64,000 nucleotides of DNA from assembly GCA_002269645.1 (NCBI GenBank), contig NIVC01001203.1, positions 1-64,000 of the forward strand, given 5' to 3'. Of the stretch, positions 11,759 through 21,517 are shown piece by piece. The first letter of the stretch is position 1. Each line of letters starts with the position of its first letter. Under the pieces are notes generated by a model, which did not search any database, was not told the origin of the DNA, and was given only the letters and a program-made list of their open reading frames with translations. The DNA is from Macrostomum lignano (Eukaryota). The position numbers were made by a program, and so were the translations under genes.

Positions 11759-12204
11759 CAAAATAAAGCGGTCAAGTGGTGGCGATATTCGAACGAGCCT
11801 AACAGTTTCTGGCACCGGTAAGACCCCGAGTTCATTCGCTTCTTTAGCTTTTTCGAGGCCTTGCCGTAGCAGTGTTTCCATAGCTAGAGCGTCTTCACGC
11901 CTGTGACTGTGACCACTGCAGCACAGCAGCGTTGTATATTGTGTATTATTGTAGTACTGTACCGGTTACTTTATATAGTGTGTGCAACCTACAGCATCGA
12001 AACTAGAAGCACTCGAGAGTGTCACCACACCTCGAGCCGCAGCGTGAACTCTGAGTGTCACAACACCAGAGGGATCGAACTATTATCGCAGAGCGTCGTC
12101 ACGCCTGCTCGTATCCATAAAAGTACAGACAGAGCGTCACTACGCCTGTTATATTACGTAAAACATATTGTACTCGGGACTGGGCACCCAAACCGACCCG
12201 GGTT

Positions 12205-12505
12205 GCGACACGAATGTATATTTGAGGAGCAATTATCAGGTCGGCTTGATAAGGCGGTCAGCCAGTCTCAGAGTATGGGGACATAAAGTTCCGATGACGG
12301 TGGAATCTTCATTAACACGCTCGTAGAAAGGGATTTCACTCGATCAATGTTCAGGCCGTATGTAGTGCCAATCTCGCATTTACAAACGTGGCCTGGCATT
12401 AGCCGCTAGCCATGGAAGCAACTTCTGAAAATGAAGCCGCACTGGCTGAAGACACCGCTGCTGGTCGAACAGAAAGGTAGCGGATCATGAAGCTACTCCT
12501 ACCGT
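12205..12505 (+). pseudogene. Harbinger (DDE_Tnp_4-type) transposase remnant, heavily deleted
   Basis: From 12322 it reads RRKGFHSINVQAVCSANLAFTNV, the Harbinger NRKG.HSINVQ.VC motif. A VSQS HTH-like piece lies upstream and a C-terminal-like piece downstream, with stops and deletions between. Confidence 0.8.
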
Positions 12506-13124
12506 GACTGACTTAAACACAATTGGTGTTTTCTGCTATTTAAAATTCAAACTAACAATTTTCGCTAGTGTTTGATATTTTCAGTCTTTAAATTCACTCG
12601 AAATATACAGTAAAATGCGAAGTTTTTGACTGAATGAAGTCGGCGCTGTGCATTTTCACAACTAAAGAGTGACTTACGACAGGTCCGACCTGTCTTAGAT
12701 TTACGGCGGAACTTAATTAACAAGCCGAAGTGACTTACGAAAGTTTCACCGAACGCAAATTAACGCGTGCGCAATGACTTAAGAAGTGTAGTAGACCTTG
12801 TGATTCCCCGTTGAAATCTCGCTATTTATTCTCCAAATTGTGCTAGGCCTAACTGCTTTATCTTATTAAACTATCACTGAATTGTCTACTTCCAATAGCG
12901 TTGTCTGTTTCGAGCTACGATTTTTCCTAGAAATCCCTAATTCACGTGATTTTCTAGAAATCTCGTGATAGCGTGTAGTGCCCGAGCGGTAAGACACTGT
13001 CTAATTTCCTAATTTAATCCGAAATGTCTGCGTTTTCAGAGGATCAAGGGTGTCCAGCGGTAGCGTATTTATTCCCCTAATGCCTAATTTCTTAGCGCCT
13101 AATAAGTTTTATCAGCCTACACGG

Positions 13125-13295
13125 CTTTCTTGGGGTCTACACGACCTCAAATCTCCCCTTTTATTCTCCTATTCTGGGTCTTCACGACCTTAAAGTTCTC
13201 CGTATCCTGACTCCTAGTCCTGGGTCTCCACGACCTTTAGTTTTCTTTATTCAGATTCCTAACTCTGGGTCTCCACGACCTTTAGTTCTCCCTAT
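13125..13295. repeat. Degenerate tandem repeat (~43-46 bp, core GGGTCTCCACGACCT)
   Basis: Four copies of the core with variable linkers. A (TTTTGAAC)n run follows at ~13333-13382. Confidence 0.7.
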
Positions 13296-14393
13296 TCAGT
13301 AAAGAAATAGCGAAACAAGTCTTAGCGGAAGTTTTTGAACTTTTGAACTTTTAAACTTTTGAAATTTTGAACTTTTGAACTTCAAATTCTAAGAGTTATT
13401 AAGCGGTACCAGAGAACAAGTTATTTATTTTTCCAGCCCAAACTGCTTCCTTATATAGTAATTTACAAGAGGAGGAGGGGTGAGCAAACATACGTTTAAA
13501 CAAAAAACAATGGAATTTATAACAAAATAACGTTTTAGAACAAAATTTTACAATAAATCAAAACAAAAGGGGAGAAATTTGCTGATTGGTTGTGATACAA
13601 TGCACATGGTTAATTACTATAAGTAGAATGATTAGGTTATTTATACATGTTCAACCCTGCCTCAGAAGCTTCTTAAATCTATGAACGGTCTTAACCGATG
13701 GTTTCACCGAAAATTTTACATCATGGCGCCAACGTAAGTTTGAATTTAAGGATACGCAAGCGTTATAGAACGGGCCCAAAAACGATTTGACTTATGCATT
13801 TTTGTCAAGAATTTTGGAGATAGCATTAACTTGCAGTCGATTTCCTTTTAAAAAATTTTGGTGAAATTTAATAATAAGATGTGACGGCTCGTCTACGGCT
13901 GTGCGATCGAGAAAGGAAAGTTATACTTTTTTGATGTTTTATTTTTTTGAGACGATATATTTTTGAGACGATGTACGCAAACAAAAGAACGAGATAGAGA
14001 AAAAAGAATTGTATCTTTGGCCTTGACAGAGACATATTTAGTTAATTTTAGTAGGTTCATTTATGGGACCAATTCAAATTCATGATAGTTTCTATGATAA
14101 AAACAAGTCTAGAAAAGAAAACAGATTTAATGTTGTTACAGTTTAAACCAAAGCCCATGCATACTCAGCCATTTATAGCAAGAGCTTTTTGATTTGGTGC
14201 TGAAGACTTCAAGATTTCTAAAACAATTTGTAATAAGATTTTGAATCCAGGCAGTTGATAAAAACTTAAAATCGCTTGAACACCATTTTTTCTGAATTTT
14301 CTGAGTAGCTACACTGAAGCTATTTTAATATACTCTGGGCTAAAAGGTATCGTCAAGTACTTTAACTTTGGCCTCTTTGGCCATCGATTTCAT

Positions 14394-16390
14394 TCAAAAT
14401 CGAACGTAGAAATCGCCATCCACGCTGGCCAGAGGTGTCGGCACGAGGGCGAACTTCATCAGACTGCACAGCTGCAGGTTCTCGTTAAACAGAACAGATT
14501 GACAGTCGGATTTGCATAGCAACAGACAGTTTGCTGGGCTGCTGGCATTGGCATTCCAGTAGGCAGAGACGGAGCTCAGCACGGAGACGTACTCTCGGCT
14601 GGATCGCTTGAAGAAGTCCGAGACTGGAAAAAAACAGAAAGAAGTAGAAAACTCTTTTGAAAAGAAGCATAGAAAAGAGATGAACGATGGAAATACGGAT
14701 TCAAACAGGAGCTGTAGTGGGGAGCCTAATTAGCTACCTAGGAAAACCCCACCAGTTAGCTTAACCAGTGTTGCAGTCTACCTCGCAGGCAAACTCAATT
14801 AATGCATCATATTGCCTTAAGCTCTTAAATTATGAATGTTAAGGGCTGAACTGTTGCAATTCACATGCGAGCCCGCCATACTTCTGTTTGCCTAGCGTAA
14901 AGTCTATTGCAACTAGCCTGTATGCCTGCATGCATGCCCTCATCTAGAATTTTTTATTATTTTTTTTCTACTCGCTTGGTCTAAACAGCAGAAAACTGTG
15001 TCCAATATTTGCCTTCTGCAGTAAAGCCAGCGTACTCGTATAACTCATTGAGCTTGTCTTCCTATTCTGAATAGGATCTGATAGGACTGGCAAAATAATT
15101 ACAGCAGCAGAGCGACAGCTATGAAATCATTTTCCGAGTCGTTTGTTATTAAATATTGACACTAAAGATACGAATTCTATAGATGCCGATTGTCAATAAT
15201 CTACCTAAGAAAGAGATCAAAAAGGAAAAATAAACTTTAGGCAAATAAGCATAGATTTGGTAGCTAAATATGTCGTGTCTGTAGTTAACACTATGGTTGT
15301 GTCTATAGCACAATAATAATAAATAAAGGGAATAAAGGAGAAGAGAGGAGGCAATGGGGTGGAGAGATCAAATAGGAGAGGAGAGAGGGGAGGGAGAGGG
15401 GAGATGAAGTAGGAAAGGAGATGAGAGAAAAAGAGGAGAGAGAAGGGAAGGGAGAGGAAAAGTTGAGAAAAAGAGAGAGGAGAGGAGAGAAGATGAGATG
15501 AGAATAGAGACCTGAGAAGAGAGAGGTGAGAGAAGAGAGCTGAGAAGAGGGAGGTGAGGAGGAGAGTTGAGAAGAGAGAGGTGAGAGAAGAGAGCTGAGA
15601 AGAGGGAGGTGAGAGAGGCGAGTTGAGAAGAGGGAGGTGAGAGAGGAGAGTTGAGAAGAGAGAGGTGAGAGAAGAGAGCTGAGAAGAGGGAGGTGAGGAG
15701 GAGAGTTGAGAAGAGAGAGGTGAGAGAAGAGAGCTGAGAAGAGAGAGGTGAGAGAGGAGAGTTGAGAAGAGAGAGGTGAGAGAAGAGAGCTGAGAAGAGA
15801 GAGGTGAATGAAGAGAGCTGAGAAGAGAGAAGTGAGAGAAGAGAGCTGAGAAGAGACAAACCTATGGACCGGATTGCTATTGTGAAGTTTTAAAGGACCC
15901 GAGGGCCGGATAGAGAGGCTTTGCGGGTCGCATGTGACCTATGGTCTATAGGGCTCTAAGAGTACCGAAGTGGCTCACATTCATATTTCAACTCGTAGAC
16001 AGAGTTGGCCCACGCGCCGCCGCACTCTTGGGAAGAGTTCCCAGTACAGGATGAGCCGCATGTTGCCAGGCCTCGACTGCCGTAACTCCAGCCGCAGTAG
16101 CACTCCCTGCCCCCTTGAATGCCCATGTAAGGAAAGCCTCCCAGAGAGCAGATGTCGCCGCAGAGCTCCAGAGTCATTGAAGAAGACAGAATGACGCAGT
16201 GAGCATTCGAATGCACGGAGAAGCTTTTTAGCAAAGTGACTCCCTTCAGTCCGGGCAGATCGCGTGGCGAACTGCCGTCAGAGTAGCAGCCGAGGTAGCT
16301 GCGGCTGTGCAGCCTGCCTGACAGACTCCTCTCTGCTAGGAGCAGAAAAGATAGGGCTAAAGCGGCCGCTTTGAGAAGAATAGCTGGCAT
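14394..16390 (-). CDS. Secreted WSC + PAN/apple-like protein, copy C (intact, 213 aa)
   Basis: Exon 1 is 16390-15979 (412 nt; MPAILLKAAALALSFLLLA signal-like; WSC; donor GAAT|GTGAGC). Exon 2 is 14623-14394 (230 nt; acceptor TTCCAG; CLLLCKSDCQSVLFNENLQLC). The total of 642 nt is in frame. A TATA box (TATAAAAG, minus strand) lies near 16440. Confidence 0.88.
15309..15943 (+). mobile_element. Truncated copy of the polypurine-filled hAT MITE in the intron of copy C
   Basis: It has a GA-rich tandem tract and a right subterminal region (AAGGACC...GGCCGGATA.AGAGGCTTTGC.GG.CGCATGTG.CCT) shared with 853-1273. TIRs are missing. GTCTATAG occurs at both 15301-15308 and 15944-15951. Confidence 0.65.
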
Positions 16391-18707
16391 CGTGGCTTAG
16401 CAAGATGATGGGAGAGGGAGCGACGCCTGATTTTAAAGTCTTTTATAAGCTGTAGACTTGCACTACTAGCGGTTCTACTACTAAGAGTAGAACTGTGAAA
16501 TGAAAATTTTCTTCGGAAGCAAAGGATATGCTCTTAGGATGATAATGCTTTTAAGTGAGCTTTAATTCTTCAAGGGGCTAAAACATTTGATGGGTTGCTG
16601 AGAATCGAGAAATCGGGAACACCTTAAATGCTCTTGATCGGGCAGTACAACTTACGCGCATGCATGTTTAAAGGGGCTTAACTAACAAGAGCTCAGAACT
16701 TCAAATAAAAGCTTTAAGAACGTCAGCTACTCGTAGCTCTTCAATCGTAGAAGATCTCAACATTGTTAAGGAATTTTTGTCTTCAAGTCGAAGCTGTACA
16801 TTTGAAGGGAAATGTGAAGCACTTCTGCAGTAGGGATAGGCAATGAAAGCAATGAAGGATTAAGGAGTGTGCAGCTGAAGTACCGTTGAGGTGATTTTGT
16901 ATGCTTGATAATAAAGACAAACAAGACAAAATGCTAATGAGAAAGATTATTTAGCAAAGCCAGTAGCGACTTTTTGGTGTCTAATTTAGCAAGAGATATC
17001 GTACATGTACTCGTAGTCACCTTTAGTGTGCATCCAAACATACTAATTATATACCAACATAGAAGTTTTACGAATCGACTAATGTACAGTGACGGTGAAT
17101 GTCATCATACAACACAAATGAGCTTTTTTTACTCTCCAATGCATCAGCAATGATCTGCAATTATTCATTTTTCACTTACTTTACCTACTTTGTAATGCTC
17201 TATTCAATTAATTCAGCTACTAATCTCATCTACAAAAATCATGATTAATTTATCCTGCGATGAATTCCTCAAAGTACGAGTGGGAAAATTAAATGGCTAC
17301 TATGAGTAGCTGAGTATAAAAACCCTCATATAAAACCAGACACCTAAATGTGCAGATGTTTCCGTATTACAGTAAATATGCTTCATGGGACTTAAAAAAC
17401 AAACCACTATTCCCTACCTCGAATTTCTCAATACCGCAGGTATACTTGAAAATATTGATATTTATTTGTAATATATGCGAATTCTTATCCAAGGACACGA
17501 GACTCTTCAGCTTTCAGGCGATTTTTCGTGGCAAAAGTTTAAGGCTACATTTAAAAAAATAGCTTAAAACACGAAAGCTTTCATACCTATTCAGTAAATA
17601 TACTAAATAATTTTTTCTTATCCACGGGGCATTTACTGGTGGCTTAGTCCAGAGGTAGCATTAGCACCTCTTAAAATGGACATGAAAAAAATTAATGGGG
17701 CATTTATTCAAATGCCCCAGTGCCTCTTTCTTTCACTCCTAGCAACTTAGACTAAACCAACTCGCTTCTAAACTATATCTAACTCATTGTAAAAGGTGAA
17801 AAATAACCTTTAAAGTTATCAGTGTACATTTAATGGCATGTCTCTGGATCTGGGCACAAACGAAATTGCGCCAGCCAGCAGGCAGTCGACGAGACGTCAA
17901 GTGCGTGCGCATCCTCGCATGTGGGGTGACTTTGGCTTCAGCAAAAGCACCTGCTGTACCGGCTGTGAGCAGTACGACTCAGTGCAGATGATTTAACCTG
18001 TTTGCTAGCGTCGTTAACGGCGCAACAGCCAATAGGTCGCTTGGACGGGCCAGGCCGGTGCTGCGATGGAGTGCCGCATTGGTAACACAGCCAATTAAAG
18101 AGACTCTTTCCAGTCTTACTGCAATTTCTGGTTTTGAATGAAGCGTCATGAATTAACAGTAGACTAAAATAATGGCCTCTTTGCCTGCTACAAGCATCCT
18201 CAATGCATCACCAAATTTTCCCCTTTTGTTATGCTTGCATCCTTCATATTGTTACGAAGAGAATCAAACAAAAGAAAAACGCCTCTCACAGCCAACTACC
18301 TGGTCATTAAATATTCACCTAACCCACAACACAGTGGCCACCCTGAGCAGCTGAAGATGGGGCTGCGAAATGTTAGTCGGGGGCCTCACAACTTGACAAA
18401 ACAGGAGAATGAAAACAAAGAAGAGGTCTTTACTTCCAAGCCTAACTGCTTTGTATTATATAGAGTTGTATGGGCTGAAAATCTAAGAACATTAGAGGAG
18501 TAAAATTGTGTGTGGAAACCACTATCAGACGGTTTACAAGTTGGTGGATGTCTTCTACATTGCTGTGGCGATTCCCTACACGTACAATAAGCTAAAAAAA
18601 TCTGTCTCAATTTCGGATGCTGAAGTAGAGAAACTAGTAAAGATATTGAGTGAAATTAGTTAGGTATTTTGTTTCCAGTGCCGTCTCCAATTACAAGTCT
18701 TCGAGAG

Positions 18708-19947
18708 TCAGTATCGAACGTAAAAGTCGCCATCCATTCCAGCCAGGGCTGTTGGCACCAGGCCGAACTTGATGAAGCTGCACAGCTGAAATAGCGGCGA
18801 GAAAATTACCGCTTGGCAATCGGCGTTGCACCCGAGTAGGCAGTGGGCAGCTGTGGTTGCAGTCATATTCCAATAGACTGAGTGGCTGCTGAGCACGGCG
18901 ATGCTGGCTCGTTCGGCGAGTTTGAAAATTGTCGGGTCTGAAAGAATCGAAAAATGAGTTTTCGTCTTTTAAATCTACGGTATCTCTAGAGCAGGTGTCT
19001 GCAAAATTTTTACCCCAAGGGCCAGATAAAGAACCTGCAGCATGGCAGCATGACTGCCGGCGAGAGGACGGGAAGAGAAATAGGAGAAAGGAGAGGCGAA
19101 GGGAATAAAGAAGAAGAGAGGACGCAATTGGGGTGGAGAGAAGTAGGGAGATAAAGTAGGAAAGGAGAGGAGAGAAAGAGACGAGAGAGAACTGAAGGGA
19201 GAGGAAGAGTTGAGAAAAAGAGAGATGAGAATAGAGACATGAGAAGAGAGAGGCGAGAGAAGAGAGTTGAGAAGAGAGAGGTGAGAGAAGAGAGCTGAGA
19301 AGAGAGTGGTGAGAGAAGAGAGCTGAGAAGAGAGAGCCGAGAGAAGAGAGCTGAGAAGAGACAAACCTATGTGCCGGATTGCTATTGCGAAGTTTTAAAG
19401 GACCGCTATGTACGCCAAAGGCGCTATGTACTTTACCAGCTGTTTGGATAGGAAGCGGACAAAAAGACCCCTTTATGAATAGCAGAGAAGTCCATTGCTG
19501 AGTCTTAGCTCAGCACAACCTACGGCTATATTCGAGAGCGTAAACCGAATTGGCACTGGGTCCGCCGCACTGTTGCGAAGAATTTCCCAAGCAATTGTGG
19601 CTGCAAGCTCCGCTAGCCGCTAGGCCGTGCCTGCCGTAGCTCCAGCCGCAGAAGCACTCCTGGCCAATCTGGACGCTCATGTAGGAGAACCCACCGAGCG
19701 AGCAAATGTCGCCGCACCGCTCCAGAGTCGCAGCGGTGGAAAGGACGACGCAGTTAGCAACCGAGTGCACCGAGTAGCCCTGCAGAGCAGTGACACCCGC
19801 GAGTCCCGGGAGGTCTCGAGTCGTGGAGTCCGCGTAGCAGCCCAGGTACCTGCGAGTGTAAACTCTGGCAGGCTGACTGCTTCTAGCTAGTAGCAAGCAG
19901 ATCAAAGCTAGGGTTGTTAGCTTAATAACGACGACTCGACTCTGCAT
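18708..19947 (-). CDS. Secreted WSC + PAN/apple-like protein, copy D (intact, 217 aa)
   Basis: Exon 1 is 19947-19524 (424 nt; donor AGCC|GTAGGT). Exon 2 is 18937-18708 (230 nt; acceptor TTTCAG; CLLGCNADCQAVIFSPLFQLC...DGDFYVRY*). The total of 654 nt is in frame. Confidence 0.88.
18992..19408 (+). mobile_element. Truncated copy of the polypurine-filled hAT MITE in the intron of copy D
   Basis: A degenerate left TIR CAGGTGTCTGCAAA is preceded by the palindromic CTCTAGAG, which fits the hAT nTCTAGAn target preference. The interior is GA-rich and the right end is truncated. Confidence 0.7.
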
Positions 19948-20794
19948 GGTTTGACAAGCAGAAATTCCTAAGGAGAATAATAGCTATTTGGGTTAATTAA
20001 CAAGCAAGCAGAAAAGTTGCAGACATTTTATGCTTGCAATTCTATTCTCTGAGCTAACATGATTGGTGAATACTCGGGTCTTACGGACCAGTTGCAGTTT
20101 ATATCTATCCAATTCTCTACTTATATAAGTAGAAAATATGGTACCTTTGTTATAGAGGAGAAAGTAAGCTTGTAAAAGTACAAGCAATTTGGTATAAAAA
20201 CCACTACTCGGAGGAGAGGGTTGGTGACACCGCGGTGCAACAACTTTGCTGACACCATGACCATCCCACAGCCAGCAGGCAGTGAGGCAATGCTGCTTAT
20301 TCTGTGTTCATATTTCAGGCAGACAGCACCTCCTCAAGCACACACAGTGCTCACACAGACATGTAAATTTTCTGTGCCTTGGAGATTAGCTCCTAGTGGG
20401 TTTGAATCTCACGATAACGGTGCACAGAATCGAACCACGGGTCGTAACGTGATACTTGGCCTAGTTATTATTTATTAAACTTATATTCAAGTTTAAAAAA
20501 CTTTTTTTAAATATAATCATTGCCCATATAGTCAGTCCAATCACTAAGTCAAATAATTTGTTGAAATATGTACAGATTAAGACACGATCCAATTAAGACA
20601 CAAGCTCATGTACGGGTAGCAGTAGCAGCTGCATGCTTACTCAAACTCTTCCGCATATACAAGGGCTCTTCTACATGTATATTTGATCCGGAACACCAGA
20701 ACAATAGTTAGTGCATCAGAAAATCGTTTCAACTGTATCACTAAACGTTTCAAGATCATTTTTTTCTTCTCGGGTTTGCTCAGATCTGTTTTGG

Positions 20795-21517
20795 TTACAC
20801 TCGAGTGTAAAACGCGCCAACCGTTTCCTTTAAAGCATCCGGTATCCCAGTAAACTTCAGCAGGTAGCAGATTCCATTCTGCTCAGAGTAGAGCACAGCC
20901 TGGCATCTCGTGGTGCACTGGATCAAACAGTCGCTGGGTCTGGAAGCACTCACTGCCCAAATTACTTGACACCGATATGTATGCCGGGGGCGATTTTTTG
21001 AACAGGTTGGAATCTGAAAGTTTAGTAGGAGTAAAGGTAGGACAGGCCTACTGCACTTCGTGTAAAATATCCGATTTGATTTCATATATTAAATAGAAGA
21101 AAACTCACGGATATACTCGAGCGCGTACACGGAGTTGGCATGCCCGTCGCCGCACTTCAGTGCCGAATTCCCAGTACATTTCATGCTGCAGCTGTGCTCA
21201 GGTCGGGAGCCGAACCGGCCGTAGGTCCAGCCGCAGAAGCACTCCCGACCGAACTGCAGTCCAATGTAGGCGAAGCCGCCAGCGGAGCACAAGTTGCCGC
21301 ACAGTTGGGGAGTCATCTTGTTGGAATCAACGCAGTGCTTCGAACCAGACACGGTGTACCCGTCCAGAAGACTCACTCCTTTGAGTCCGGTCATATCCCT
21401 GTCGGCACTGTCGTGAAAGCAGCCGACATAGGCAAGGCGAACCAGTCTGCTCAGAGCGCCACCACTGAGCAGCAAACTGATGAGGCAGCAGCAGGTGATG
21501 ACGGAAGCTGAACGCAT
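20795..21517 (-). pseudogene. WSC + PAN/apple-like gene copy E (WSC exon intact, exon 2 frameshifted)
   Basis: Exon 1 is 21517-21109 (409 nt; donor ATCC|GTGAGT). Exon 2 is 21013-20795, 219 nt, i.e. 11 nt shorter than in C and D. The spliced frame HSNLFKKSPPAYISVSS leaves the PAN-like frame (WAVSASRPSDCLIQCTTRCQAVLY...) and hits an early stop. Confidence 0.75.

Larger units (their letters stand above)
10058..13777. mobile_element. PIF/Harbinger transposon with divergent Myb/SANT gene and internally deleted transposase
   Basis: Termini are GGGCCCGTTC (10058) and GAACGGGCCC (ends 13777), flanked by AAA/AAA. A second inverted copy of the left subterminal CGTTCGGT(A/G)AAACTTTCGTAAGT lies at 12733-12755, so the right boundary is uncertain. 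The two-gene content is diagnostic of Harbinger. Confidence 0.8.

Noticed and set aside
11714-11830. A functional SL RNA gene
   Set aside because: The leader does not end in ATG|GT, the donor is 59 nt away, no clear Sm site or following stem-loop was identified, and it sits inside a transposon. It is kept only as an SL-like sequence.
17270-18170. Possible MITE and CCAAT-rich promoter-like segment between WSC copies C and D
   Set aside because: There are short hairpins and CCAAT motifs but no pair of TIRs, no TSD and no second copy in the window.
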